Notes under the pieces: model-generated
What the model was told of the DNA's origin: nothing
Databases searched by the model: none
What the model saw: only the letters and a program-made list of their open reading frames with translations
Program-made: the position numbers and the translations under genes
Shown here: positions 46,838 to 63,705 of the stretch, piece after piece
Numbering within the stretch: the stretch's first letter is position 1
Layout: every line of letters begins with the position of its first letter
Assembly: GCF_009914755.1 (NCBI RefSeq)
Contig: NC_060927.1
Length of the DNA stretch: 64,000 nucleotides
Source: the human T2T-CHM13v2.0 reference genome, Homo sapiens
Direction: 5' to 3' (one strand)

Positions 46838-48808
46838 TTAACCCCCACCTGCCACCAAAAGAAAACCCTTCACTATTTAATAGTTATTGACACTGTTGTA
46901 AAAGCCACACTGGGGACCTTTGAAGGGATTGGGTTACTGACTGATGTTTCATAAAGGCCCCTAATCATTTTTGTGGTATCTATAGATAGACAATTTTTTT
47001 TGGAAATGGACTCAATGGGAGTAAGTCAAAGGCCATAATACCTATCAGCTCAGCAGGACAAATTTAAGACTCATGGAACACAAGTTACCCAACAAAAACA
47101 AAAAACAAGAAGCAAAAACAAATCCAATAATTATTTAAGGTTCCAGGTGGCTTCTGGAGGTTGTAAAAGCCAAAAAAGGAGCAATGTATCTGCTTCCACA
47201 ACCAGCATTCACCCAGAGTGGTTAACAAAGCGTCCTGTGTAACACACTGGAAATGCACATCTGCTTGTCGTATGTGACTCATGATCACCCAGAAGCCCAT
47301 GGGTTTTGAAGATAATAGTTTGTTTGGTATTTTCAGGAAAGCAAACAGATTTTCCAAAAGCTAGAAGAGGATGCATAAAGCAGTAGGCTAGTAGGCTAGA
47401 AGGCTCTCCCTAAAGCCTTATAGATGGGTAGATATATAGATGGGTAGAATATAATATAGATGGGTAGAATACTGTACCATTAACTCACATAATCATTATC
47501 AGCAGGGCCACTTGAACCTTTAGAAATTATACAAAGAGAGAAACAGGCTGCCTGGTGAAAGTGGTAATAACATCAGGCATGACATGGTAATCTTGTGATA
47601 TCAAAAAAGAAAGGAGAGGGTGCATTGTGGAGCACTTAAAAACAAGATTTGTGTGGTAGAGGTGAACATGAACTGAGCTCTCAGACACCCGTGGTTTGCA
47701 CACTGTGGGCAGCTGAAGCCATCACTGCTTACAGATGTGGTCACGGATGGCCACATCAGTTATTCCTCAGTTCCTGGGTAATTGTACATGACTCAAAACA
47801 CAGGATGTTTGTGGTCAAGCCATGGAAAAATACTCCCTACAGGAGTTCTCTGGGTCTAGTTTGAACCTACCTGATGTTTCTCAGCAAAGTAGAGAGGACT
47901 GATGGTAGATATTTTTATCTTGTTTTTTGGACAATTAGGTTCAAGGTAACACCTGTCTGTTTTTTTGTAGCCTGGGCCCACTGTGCTCAGGTCCTGCTGT
48001 AGATAATGAGGGGTTTGGGCTGGCTGGTGCCTCTCACAGCTTTCTCCACCCCTGCTGAGGCTCTGGCTTTCTATGGTTGCACTTTGGTTTGAGAAGGTCT
48101 CCAGGCTCTGCCTTTGCTCTTATTTCTGATGCCCTTCTCCTTGTCTGCCCCACCACCAAGCAGCTGCTCTCATGGGTGCCCCACTTCACTGTATCTGCCT
48201 TGCCCCTTCAGATGGGCTGTGGGTTCTTATGGTGCAACTGGCTCTTGAGCCACTTTGGAAAAGATGCTGACTCCTGAGATTGGTGCAACACGGATTTATG
48301 GAGGGCCTGGAATGTGTCGGAAGCTGTGGTGGGAATAGAAAGAGCAATAAGACAAGATTCCTGACTGGGAGGAGTTTAGTAAGATGCAGACGTGGAGACA
48401 GATAAATCCATGTTGTGTGAAGAATGCAAACCACCCACAAGTGCACTCCTGGGGTAGTGGCTTTGGTCTGGGTAGTTGTTCCCCTGCTTCTGGGGACAAA
48501 GGAAGGTCAAGTTAGGGCAAAGCCTGGGTTGGACTCAGAGAGGTGCAGCAGTGAAGGGGTCGAGGGGGAAACTAGCCCCAGGAGATTTTCCTCTAGCACT
48601 CACAGGAGAAGCAAGGGCAGAGGCTCTGACCCAAAACTCAGTCACCTTGAGGCCCCTCTCTCAGCTTCTTTCTCACCTCCAAGGCTAAGAAAGCAGGAGC
48701 AGCACATAGAGCTCTTCCAGTGATCATGAGCGGCACACACCATTGGCACAGATGGGGCCTCCTGCACAGCCTGAGAAGGGCCAGACTCTGCCCAGAGTCT
48801 CCCCTTAG

Positions 48809-49259
<451 letters not shown>

Positions 49260-49339
49260 CGTGTTGTGTCTTTTCTAACCCTGCATGCCTGCCTTGACCT
49301 AGAACCCTGCAGGAAACATTTAAAGAGCGCTCACTACCT

Positions 49340-49530
49340 GCCAGGCACTGTGCTACCTCACACTGTCCTCACAACACCCCGATGAGGACAGTCTTACCAC
49401 TTCCACTTTACAGATGAGCAACTGGGTCACAAAGAGGTGAAGTGACTTGCCCATGGTCAAAGTAAGTGGGGGAACCAGATTCAAATCCATGCAGGCCAAC
49501 TCCAGGTCATTATCCTTAATGGGGCTATGC
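49340..49530 (-). mobile_element. MIR
   Basis: ccactttacagatgagcaactgggtcacaaagaggtgaagtgacttgcccatggtca. Confidence 0.85.
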
Positions 49531-49588
49531 TGCCAGCAATACAAGCTGCCTACAAACACTTAGCAAATGAGAGAGAATAAAGAATGAG

Positions 49589-49898
49589 GGCTGGGAGTGG
49601 TGGCTCACACCTGTAATCCCAGCACTTTGGGTGGCCGAGGCGGGTGGATCACTTGAGGCCAGGAGTTCAAGACCAGGCTGGCCAACATAGTGAAACCCAA
49701 TCTCTACTAAAAATACAAAAAATTAGTTGGGTGTGGTGGCAGGCGCCTGTAATCCCAGCTACTCAAGAAGCTGAGGCAGGAGAATCGCTTGAACCTGGGA
49801 GGTGGAGGTTACAGTGAGCTGAGAGCCGAGATCACGCCACTGCACTCCAGCCTGGGTGACAGAGCAAGACTCTGCCTAAAAAAAAAAGAAAAAAAAAG
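49589..49898 (+). mobile_element. AluS
   Basis: Full dimer. Confidence 0.92.
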
Positions 49899-50375
49899 AA
49901 TGGGTCAGACAAACAGGTAGGGGCACAGGACTGGCTTCCTTGGGCTAGCCCTTGAAATTTAGGGTCCACATAGAGGTTCAGAGGATCAAGATGAAGCTGC
50001 CCAGAGATCAGAGTTCTCAGGCAGTCCAGCCCAACCTAAATTTATCCCCAAAGATATTTCTGCCGCCAAGTCCACTCACTCCGCTAGAAACAGTGCAAAG
50101 TTAGAGGGCTTGACACTGCTAAACACCTCTCAACGGCAGTTATTGCCCTTTAATCTCAGCACTAAATCCATGTCCTTCTTGATGCTGTTTATAGCACGTT
50201 TAACAATTTGATTAGTTTTAGAAATCAACCCAGCTGATGTTACAGTTAGCAGAATTAATCAGAGCTTCTAAGCAGCATTCCACCATGACTGAGGTGATAA
50301 ACAAATCCCCCTGTCTTCTAAACCCCAAGCCCACTCCATTTCTAAATCCTTTTGTGGCTGTTTTCAACATTCTGA

Positions 50376-51267
<892 letters not shown>

Positions 51268-51493
51268 TAATTTTTCTGCCTGGCTCTGCCTACTTCCTAG
51301 AAGTAAATAATAGTAAAAACAAGAATGAGAATCAGCCCTCTGAACAGCGTCCATCCTTAGCAACACACATCAGAAATGTCCTGGTTGGAGACCACTTGCC
51401 ACAACTCACTCCTTCACATCATGCATGAGGCCCAGGAAGAGCCAGTCTGAGTTAATTTTGTATCTTTTATCTCAAAATCTGCACGACACCCCT

Positions 51494-51653
51494 CAGGGCC
51501 AAGACTGGGGTGAGGCAAGCCAGGCACCTAGGGAGCAAAGTTTAAGGAGGTGCTCACTCTCAGGGGCTGACCTTGCAGGTACATGACCCTGAGAGTGGGT
51601 ACCTCCTTATATATTGCACCCTGGGCACTTTGCCTTACCCTAGTCCTGGCCTT
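51494..51653. mobile_element. MER96-like palindromic hAT MITE
   Basis: cagggccaagactggggtgaggcaag...ttgccttaccctagtcctggcct, with internal inverted symmetry. Confidence 0.75.
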
Positions 51654-51744
51654 AACTCCGCTTTTCTATGTTCATGGCATCTCAGCAACTTTTGTGGAAT
51701 GATGTCCAACCTAATTCTCATCATCCTAACTGGGCTTCAGTGTG

Positions 51745-51960
51745 GGCCAGAGCACAGGCTCAGGGTTCTGAGCTTGCTCTGCTCTTAACAAGCTGTGTGA
51801 TGTCAGGCCAGTTCCATAACCTCTCTGAACCTTCTGGTTTCTCATTAGTAAATAAAGATAATTCCCACCTCCCCTACAGGGTTGCAATAAAGATTAGCTG
51901 AGATTGTGTAAGTGGCGTGCCTAACACAAGATGACATGCAGAGTATGTGTCCATAGTAGG
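51745..51960 (+). mobile_element. MIR
   Basis: gctgtgtgatgtcaggccagttccataacctctctgaacc. Confidence 0.7.
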
Positions 51961-52116
51961 GGTGCTGAGCCATAAAACTGTAAGTTCCCATCATCATCGC
52001 TGATGGTGCGGGTGACATCCTCATTCACATTGCAGGGTCAAGACATAAGATCTAGAAAAATGACCTTTCAATGCCTTCGTTAAAAACAATTTAGCATCTT
52101 GAATGCAAGATTTCTT

Positions 52117-52122
52117 TTTATT
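52117..52122 (-). terminator. CDCP1: Intron-4 poly(A) signal for the short secreted isoform (...QNESSE*, TGA at 52327-52325)
   Basis: Read-through of the exon-4 donor gives AGT GAG TGA; AATAAA lies about 200 nt downstream; matches the recalled 343-aa isoform. Confidence 0.75.
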
Positions 52123-52332
52123 GTGCTGAAATGGAACTACATACCGGGTGTTCACCAACAAGCCTGTCTAACTGCCTAGCAACCCACTTCCTGAAACTCT
52201 TGCTGGGTCCAGAGTCTAAGTGTTTCAGAAGCCACAGATGAGAAACAGGAAGGGAGCCTCACCCAGGCAGACTACCCAGGAAACAACGAAGGTGCTGGAG
52301 GAGGAAGAAAAAGGAAAGTGGGGCTCACTCAC

Positions 52333-52701
52333 TGCTTTCATTTTGTGGATGTTGGACCAAAACTTGGAACTGCAGCCGGAGGATCCCTGGACTTTGGGCA
52401 TCTTGGTCACAGCCTTGCAGAGAGAGGTTGAAGTTCCCCGCCATGTTCCCAGGCTGCTTGTCCTCCAGCTTGAACACCTCGGGGTTGGTGGTGGAGCCCG
52501 GGATGTAGTATTCAACCCGCTCCTCCTTCCTCTCACAGTTGGAGAGGTTGAAGTTGAGGAAGGAGACGCTGGCCCGCAGGTGTGCAGGAACGACAAACTG
52601 CCACGTCATGAGCTCATCCTCAGGGAAGCCTTCTGGGTAGTTGGCAGACATCAGGGTTGCTGAGCCTTCACCCTCAAACACAGACTCGATGATGCACAGA
52701 C
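52333..52701 (-). CDS. CDCP1: CDCP1 exon 4 (369 nt, CUB domain, phase 1-1)
   Basis: cactag|GTCTGTGC...GAAAGCA|gtgagt; LCIIESVFEGEGSATLMSANYPEGFPED...QHPQNES. Confidence 0.97.
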
Positions 52702-52875
52702 CTAGTGGGAGTGGAACCCAAACCAGAAAGAATAGGGAGCCATTAGACCCTGTCCTGGTTGTCTGCAGCCGAGGGGTGGGGGTGTAGGAAAAATGACTGC
52801 AGTTCTCAGATCCTGAGCAGTGGGTCTAGATACTGTATATTTGGACTCAAGGCAGAGATTGGGAATGCAGACACA

Positions 52876-53608
<733 letters not shown>

Positions 53609-53942
53609 GATACGTTTACAGAAAATGTGAAAGAGATGGAAGACAAAGAAGTTAGAAATGAAGCAATCAAGGTGGGTCTGTAGAACCAATCCCTTGTCAT
53701 TTTTTTGAAAACAAGTATCACATGCAAAAAGGACAAAGAGAATCACCCCGTTTGTTTAATAGAGAAGAGGGGGTTCACACTAGGAATGCGTGACCCATGT
53801 CACTTATAAGAGAGCTAGATCTTCCTTTATGGTTTTTATATTGAGTATTAGAGATTTGCTGACATTTGACCATTTCTGACCTAGAACAATGATGATCTTG
53901 TGTGTTTTAACCTAATCAGATAGCAGGGAGGGGCTTTCTCAC

Positions 53943-54305
53943 GTTTTATAGATGAGCGGTTTGCAATGCTGAAGCCGGAGACATTTCTGGGGTGGAACCA
54001 TGGGAGGTGTAAGGCCATTTTCACTCCTTCTTGCATCTTGATCCGGGACACAGTGCCATTGCTGCAGAAGGTTCCAATCCTGACCACGGTGGCATCGATT
54101 CGGCCGCTGATGGAGTGAGTGACTCCGTCTGGGCAGCTCTCACCCGGACCGATCTGCCTCAGGCGAGGGATGGAAAACTGCAGCTCTAAACCGATGCTCT
54201 TATGAGCTTTGACATCCCAGATGAAAGTTCTGTTGAGGGTAGGCAACAACGATGTCGAGGGCTGAAGCTGAACCTCCCCAAAAGGACATGGGCCTGACAT
54301 ACAGT
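53943..54305 (-). CDS. CDCP1: CDCP1 exon 3 (363 nt, phase 1-1)
   Basis: tttcag|ACTGTATG...ATAAAAC|gtgag; DCMSGPCPFGEV...NRSSIKR inside ORF 53881..54480. Confidence 0.97.
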
Positions 54306-54384
54306 CTGAAAAACAGTCACAGAAGCAATTTTGATCACAGATGCTCCAAGGCCCCACACCACTCCTCCTCCACCACTCAGCCCC

Positions 54385-54851
54385 CTGTAGTAGACTCTTT
54401 GGGGCTCCCCCAAGGTGGCCTTTACCAGGCAGGGGCACCCAGGCCCCAACTGCTGTGAGTCTTAGTGGCCAATGGCTCACAGATGTACCCTCCTTCGGGG
54501 AAGTGCCTCAGCTCGGGGGAGCTGCCTTGAACCAGAAAAGCCTGAGAGGTGTTGCAGCCCCTCATGCCCATCCCAAGGGAGAGGTGCTGTCTACAGCCAA
54601 TAATGGCCTCCTGCAGGAATTAAAAAGTCTGACCTCCTTGCTTCAAGTGATGTAACCTGGGTATGCCATTCATACTCCAGAGCTCCCCATGGGGTCAGGC
54701 TGAAGCTACTCTTCAGCTAAAACCGCATCTGCATTCAGCTACGTGCCCTGCTCTATCCTGCTTTCCTCACTTCTGAGAGCACTTTCTTGATCACTGACTT
54801 AAACAAAAAATCCTGTCTCAGGCTCTGCTTCCAGGTCACCAGACTTGAGAC
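54385..54851 (+). mobile_element. LTR16-like ERVL LTR just upstream of exon 3
   Basis: Ends tcctgtctcaggctctgcttccaggtcaccagacttgagaca. Confidence 0.65.
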
Positions 54852-56274
54852 ATCTCTTAACTACTGTGATTTCCAGATTAAGTTCCTGGGGTCCAGTGGG
54901 TGAAGCCAGAAGGAAGGCATTTGTAGCAGAGTCTGTGCTTTGGGATCTCCTACTTCTCCTGTACTAAGAGAGTCACGATTTCACAATTTGTAGAGCACAG
55001 TGCCAAGATCCATCCTTTAAAACTGGTTTCCCCATCAACACATTCATCAACATAGCAAATATACTCTGAACGTGCAACTCCCCTGGACAGCTGGAATCTG
55101 GCGGCGCCATTTCTCTTCTTGCACTGCCTTAATGCTGATATTTTATAACCACTGCAGTTGAATTTCTTTTTTTAAGGCTAACAGCTAATAACATCCTTTG
55201 ATATATTTGTTTCCTAAGCCTTTTAAAACAAAGCAAGAAATATTATCAAAGAGAAAACAAGAGGAAAGTGAGGGGACGAAACAGAAAGTAGGCAATGTAA
55301 CATTAAGGTTTTGTTGTTTTGAGCAGGGGGCATCTGAAAGGTGTGATAGACTCTGGCCTCCATAATAATAATTTGTGAATCTTTACTGCTGTTCTATTGG
55401 GGTATTTGAAAGTATTGTCCACTCAAAATAGAATTATGGAGAATTTCAGATCAGTCTTGGATCTCTGAGGTCATCCAAGCCAGACCTCTAATTTTTGCAA
55501 AGCAGCTGTGGATCCAGGTGACTTGGGCTGGCACTTGCAGCAAGTACACGGCAATTCCAGATCCCAGGACGAAAGCTCAGGCTGTGTTTGGTCAACCCTT
55601 TCTTGCCAATGCGCTATGCTGTCTAACCAATAACACAGGGTTAGATAACATGGTGACTAACATGACTAAAATTAGACTTTGCATGTTAGTAAAGGTAGTT
55701 CCTATTTTAGGAGCTCATGGAAACTTCAATGTTTATATCAAGCCACCTCTTTCTTTCAAAAGCAGACCTCAAGTGATTTTCCACGCACACCTCCAGTGTG
55801 CCCAGGGCAACATCAGTTGGCTCTGGCTAGGTTCTGTACTCTTGTGGAAACATTTAACTCTAGTAAGGCAGTGACTCTTAGCTCTGGTTCTACCTACAAC
55901 TCACCTGCAGGCCGTTTAAAAACTACACATGCCTGGACCATCCCAGGGATTCTGATTTAATTCTATAGTAAAATCTGGAGTCAAAAAGCCCCATCTCCCA
56001 GCCTCAGCTCTGTCAGCAGCCATGTGACACTGTGAGAGTCAGGTTATGAAAGCAATTTTTCATTTGATGCTAAGAGCTTTGTTTTTTAGGATGAACACAC
56101 AGGTAAGAGTAGTCAAAATGATTGGCATGCCTCGGAATCTTCTCCTGTACTCTGTCCAGTGAAAACATTTTAAATAACTAAAATGATTCCTGTCCAGAGG
56201 ATGGAGAAGTATTATTTCTGAAGTGATTCATAAACTCATTTTCCCCAGCAGATTTCTAATTTCATTAACTCTCT

Positions 56275-56636
<362 letters not shown>

Positions 56637-56949
56637 TGATGCTGATTTCAGAATGATTGTTCAGAAAAGGCAATGAAGGGCAGGTGGACCACTGGACCTG
56701 ATTCAGTGTCTAGATTTATTATTTTAGAAATTGATATTTTCATATCATTTTCAAAAGTTGTGAGCATGGGTTTTTACTACATAGTAAGCCATGTGGGCAT
56801 CCTAGGATTGAGAGACTGAATGCATTCAAAGGCTTGACTTGTGAAATGTGTCACTTGTTACATTTTTCCTTTTTCAAAGTGGAAGTCACTTTATTGGTTT
56901 AACTGATTATAAAAGTAATGTACAGTCGTTTTAAAAACAAACAAAAAGA

Positions 56950-57082
56950 CAAGTGGGTGTGGTGGTGTGTGCCCAGCTACCCCAGAGGCTGAGGTGGGAG
57001 GATCACCTGAGCCCAGGAGGTTTGAGGCTACAGTGAGCTGTGGTCACCACTGCACTCCAGCCTGGGTGACAGAAAAAAAAAA
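56950..57082 (+). mobile_element. Alu monomer (FRAM/right arm)
   Basis: gaggctgaggtgggaggatcacctgagcccaggagg. Confidence 0.85.
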
Positions 57083-57489
57083 GGTGGGGGTGGGGTGGGG
57101 TGGGGCGGGGAAGTACAGAAAAGTAGAAAGAAGAAAATGTCACCTGTTCCCCTCTGCCATCCCCTATAGAGTAGTATAAAGTTAGAATTTTGGAGTTTTG
57201 GAGTTTATCCCTCCAGACTTTGGGTTCTGTATGATTGTGTGTGCATGTTTGTGTGCATGTATGTAAGTGTGCATGTGCACATGTGTGTATTTAATAGAGT
57301 AGCATCAAACTATATAAACTATTGTCCTACTATAAGCTGCATTGTTTTTAATGGAACAAAACTATTTTGGGCATCTTTCTATGTCAAATACACAAACTTA
57401 CTTCATTCTCTTAGTAGCAACACACCATTCCACTGCGTTCTTAAATATATCAACGTTCTCTTTAACTCTGTAAAAGCTTCATTAAAATT

Positions 57490-59000
<1,511 letters not shown>

Positions 59001-59456
59001 TGGCTTTGATTGGATGACAAATAGTGCTCTTATTCTTGTTAATACATCTATTCATCCTATTTGACATGGCCCCCTTAAAATGATTGAGAAATTATAAATG
59101 CATGTTTCCCTACCTAATTATTATTATTTCCTATGTCAATCTTCTATCCCAAGCTCAAATTATGAATAATAAAACCAAATATCTATAGTTTATTTAAGTA
59201 TTATGTGTCATCCATTTTTCAATCCATTATTTTATTTTATCCTCACAACTCTCTTGTTTGGTACAATAATCCTTATTTTATAGACTAGAAAACTAAGGCA
59301 TTACGCAGTTGAATAATTTGCTTAAAGTCATGTGATCACGTCACATGAGTAGTAGCCCTGGAGCTTGAAGCCAAACCCAACTCCATCATTCTCCAAAGCA
59401 GCCGTCTCTTCCACTGTGTCTTATGGATCAATTGCTCTATCTTTATCTCCTCAACT

Positions 59457-59822
59457 TCTTTTTTTTTTTTTTTTTGAGACGTAGTCTCGCTCTGTCACCC
59501 AGGCTGGAGTGCAGTGGTGTGTTCTGGGTTCACTGCAACTTGTGCCTCCTGAGTTCAAGTGATTTTCCTGCCTTAGCCTCCCAAATAGCTGGGATTACAG
59601 GCACCTGCCACCACCCCTGGCTAATTTTTGTGTTTTAAGTAGAGACAGGGTTTCACCATGTTGGCCAGGCTGGTCTTGATGCCCAGCTAATTTTTGTATT
59701 TTTAGTAGAGACAGGGTTTCACTGTGTTGGCCAGGTTGATCTTGAACTCCTGACCTCAGGGGATCCGCCTACCTCAGCCTCCTCAGTGCTGGGATTACAG
59801 GTGTGAACCACCACGCCCGGCC
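59457..59822 (-). mobile_element. AluS with an internal ~65-bp tandem duplication
   Basis: ctaatttttgt...agagacagggtttcac..tgttggccagg occurs twice; TSD tctcctcaac. Confidence 0.92.
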
Positions 59823-60272
59823 TCTCCTCAACCTTCTGATTCTTTTGTCTTCCGTATCAGCCAGATATTTTTAGCACACAGGATGAGCATCACAGACCTG
59901 AAGATCTGTAGCTTGTGGGCTTCTGTAGTGCTGCCTGAAGAGCCTATGTGCACAGTGGCTAAGTGCAAAGACTTGAAAGCCACAGTACCTGGGTTCTTCT
60001 CCTGATCTTCTGCTTACTAGTTGTGCCCACTTAGGCAAGTTCCTCTCTCTGTGAACTTCTCATAGGGCTGTTTTAAAGATTAAACAAATTAAGCTGTGTA
60101 ACCCATTTAGAACTCTAACTGGCCACATCAGAGCTAAATTAAAAAACTGTAGAGTTTCAGAATAGATCTTAGCTCTCTAGCATTAGAGACTGACTTAGCA
60201 TGGGAAAGACAGTCAGGGAGGTGTAGAGACATTTAAAAGACATTGTCAAACAGCTCACAAGTGTCTACTTAC

Positions 60273-60482
60273 CAATATTTTTCTGGATCTCTATGACAAA
60301 GTGATTCTCAGGACTCTGGCAGCTAAAGGTAAAGACTATTCTTTCTCCAGACTTGATGGACAACATGGTTATATGTCTTTTAGAAATGACGATGTAACAG
60401 GGTTTTGCCAGCAGAGTCGGGGTCCCCAGCTTTATGAGAACTGTAATGTTGCTTTCTCGTGGCAGAGCAATCTCAAAAGCTT
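60273..60482 (-). CDS. CDCP1: CDCP1 exon 2 (210 nt, phase 1-1), not shown in the ORF track
   Basis: Minus strand ttccttcag|AAGCTTTTGAG...AAAAATATTG|gtaagt translates (E)AFEIALPRESNITVLIKLGTPTLLAKPCYIVISKRHITMLSIKSGERIVFTFSCQSPENHFVIEIQKNI(D), the N-terminal ectodomain of CDCP1. Confidence 0.97.
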
Positions 60483-61549
60483 CTGAAGGAAGGAAGGAAA
60501 ATGAAGTAAGCAGGATGATTTAGGTCTGCAAACTGCTGTGGTCCCCGACCCCAATCTGGTTCAGAGAGGATGTCCTCTATGACAACTTTGTTCCTTCCCT
60601 CCTTTTCTGAGAAGAAGGGTGGTGCAAAATGACAGTTCCGACCTTAGCAATGAAAAAGAACCAGGATGCTGCCAGCTGGTCACTGACATGTGTTTCTTGT
60701 TTGCATTATTAATTTTTCTACAAATTGAAAACACTATACCACATTCTAGATGTCTTGAGCAGTATGCTGTTAGATATCCCATCTGAGCAGTATTAAATAA
60801 CAACCAGAGTAACCACCACACCTTTTCTCAACATGACAGTAGAACAAAGTCTACACACAGAAACCATCCATCATAGGGAGACACATTTATCTGCAAAGAG
60901 CTGCTGTCCCTTGCCCTGGGTGCTTTATATGCCCAGCACATACACACATACACACGTACGTACATACATACATATGTATGTACGTATGGTAGTGGGGGCT
61001 AGAAAAACATTTGCAGAAATTAGATATAATCATATTGTATCAATGAACTTGGAAAGTTAGAGCAAAACAATGCTATTATCTCAGATTGGGGTTTAGAAAA
61101 AACACCTGAGCAAACAGTATCAAGCAAGTGAGGTGGGGGTTGGTTATTAAACAGAATTGTACAAATGTCAGAGTAGGGCTCTGGTTCACAAACAAGCCCA
61201 ATCTCCTTCCCATTTGCTTTGCTTGATTGATTAAGTGCTCTTAGACCAAGAAGGGAGAGCCACTTTCTCCTTAGCTGACACTGCCCCTGCCCTATCTTGG
61301 ATTCTGATTATGAGTCTCCGGGCAGCTGATGGCCTGGGAACAGCAGATGATGGGAAGATCGTCTGTAGGTAAATCCTGTGGAGGGAGCCTAGGGGCTCAC
61401 AGTTCATGTAGCACCATGTTCTGGTACAAACAGCTGGTAGGGATCTGTTATCGTGCTGGCACACAAATGGTGCTTGATAAACAGTTAGTGAATGAATAGC
61501 AATCTAATCAGAAGCTTTTGTTTCCCATCTATTCTTTTTTCCCTCCTTG

Positions 61550-62280
61550 TAAAAATTTATTTTTAAAAAATCAACCTTATTGACAGTAATTTACACACAT
61601 TAAAAAGGACTCACTCATTTTGAGAGTTTTGACAAATGTATACACTCATGTGACCACCACAGTCAGGATATACAAATATTTTCCTCACCCTCAAAAGTTC
61701 CCTCAGTGCCCCTCTGCAGTCAACCTCCACTCCAAGTCCTAGAAAACTGTCAATGAGTTTGTCCTGCTCTGGACCTTCATGCAAATGGAAGCCTATAGTA
61801 CTTTCTCTTTTGTAGCTGGCTGCTTCTGCTCAGCATGCTTGTGAGATTCACCCACGCTGCTGCATGGGTCAGTAGTTTCCTCCTTTTTATTGCTGAGTAC
61901 TATTCCATTGACAGAATAGGCCATGATTTATTTATCCATGCACCTGCTGAATGACATCTGAGTCCTCTTCAGTGTTGGACGAGCCATGTGCTATAATTTT
62001 ACCATAACTGCTAGCCTGCACAAGACTGGATGTACTTCTGCCAGCTGCCATGAGTGAGCATGCTGTATTCCCACAGCTCAGCAGCTGTATGTGATCACAC
62101 ATTTGGATTTCTGTCACCCTTTTCTTGTGCTCTCTCTCCATTCTACACTCTGCTCCAACCCCACTGGCCAGCTGCTCCTTACATAGTATGGAAATTGATC
62201 TCCCAACCTTATATGAACTGTAAATATTTCCCCCAGTTTATCGTTGGCCTTTTGACCTCACTTAGAATGGTTTTTCAGGT
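61550..62280 (-). mobile_element. Old L1M 3' region
   Basis: gagttttgacaaatgtatacactcatgtgaccaccac...ttttattgctgagtactattccattg. Confidence 0.75.
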
Positions 62281-62529
62281 ATGAACTTTACCCTCTTTGG
62301 GCCTCTGTTCCTTCATTGTAAAATGAAGGGGTGGGGCTAGAATAACTCTACACTCCCTGCCAGCTCTGAGTCTATGACTATTACCTGAGCAAGTAGGAAG
62401 CGACTTTGTAACTGGAAGAATTCCCAACTACTGCTCAGAAATGACATATCTCTCTGGGCACCAGGGCACTGCCATGGCCAGTTTTATGACTGCAAGAGTG
62501 CTTAGATTTCCATTTTTGGGGCAAAACTT

Positions 62530-62885
62530 CTTGTCTTTCTGGCTTCTGCGTGTAACCCTCTCCACCTTAGTCACTGTGTTCAGGCCAGTCTTGCCTTCTT
62601 TCTTGAACACACCAACCTCTTTCCCACCTCAGGGCCTTTGCACATGCTGGTCCTGACACCAAAAGTGCTTTCTCTAGAAAAAGCTGGCTCCTTGTTGTCA
62701 TTCCGGTCTCAGCACAAAGGTCACATTTTCAGAGTGGCCTTCCCTGACCAGCCCACCTAAAGTGCTCCCCTCCCCCCAGTCCTCCTGAACCCTGCGCTTG
62801 ATGTCCGTGAGCTCCTACAGGAGGCAGCAGGAACTTGCCCGTATTTTTTAATGGTAGCCCCACGACCAAGGCAGTGCCTGATCCC
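62530..62885 (+). mobile_element. L2 fragment
   Basis: ccacctcagggcctttgcacatgctgg...cagagtggccttccctgacca. Confidence 0.75.
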
Positions 62886-63489
62886 CACGAGGAGACAAAA
62901 CGTTTTAAGCCCCAAAACAACTCCATATAAAACTATTAGTCCTTGTGTGCTTGTCTTCACCGCATTTAATTTCTCATAGACATACTACCATTCCCATATT
63001 TTACTTTCGGCTAATAAATCCTGGCAAGAACAAGGGACTATGCATCTTTTAATTAATAGCTTGAGAGAGAATATATTCTCAGGGGCAGAAGTTTTATTTG
63101 CTCAAATGCTTGGTCTTCAAGCAGTGTGGCCATTTAGAATCTTCTGAGGCTGAGGAGTTCCTCAAGATGTCAGATTAAAAATGAATCCAGATCTATGTTC
63201 AGAAACCCAGTTGCCAGGTTTATATCTGAGCTGTATATTACAACTCTTGTGTTCTTTTTCTGTAATCATGAAAACGTCTAACTGTGTTATTTGTAAAAAA
63301 AATTCTTGGAGCCCTCAGTCTCTCCAAGTTGGGCTAATTCACCAGCAAGTGAAGCTGAGTCCAATCTGAGGCTACAGCCCATCTAGCTATGTTACCAATT
63401 TCTTTCTTATTCCCATTTCCCCTTCTGTCAGCTTTTTTATCCTTTATTTAAAAATTCCTGCCCCTATGATCATTATTTTAAATCAGTGC

Positions 63490-63705
63490 TAGACGCTAAG
63501 CAGAGCTGCATTGCCTAAGGCTAGAGATGGGGAGAGGGAATGGAGTACCAGGGGGCAAAGCAGACCGTGCAGGGTGAGGGGACTGTTTTGTATCTTGACG
63601 ATAGCAGTGATTACACCTTGTATACAAATGCCAAAATTCATCAAACTGTACACTTAAAATTGATGATGTTTATTTTATGTAAGCTATACCTTAATAAAAA
63701 GAAAA
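63490..63705 (+). mobile_element. L1M 3' end
   Basis: aaaattcatcaaactgtacacttaaaat...tataccttaataaa. Confidence 0.75.
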
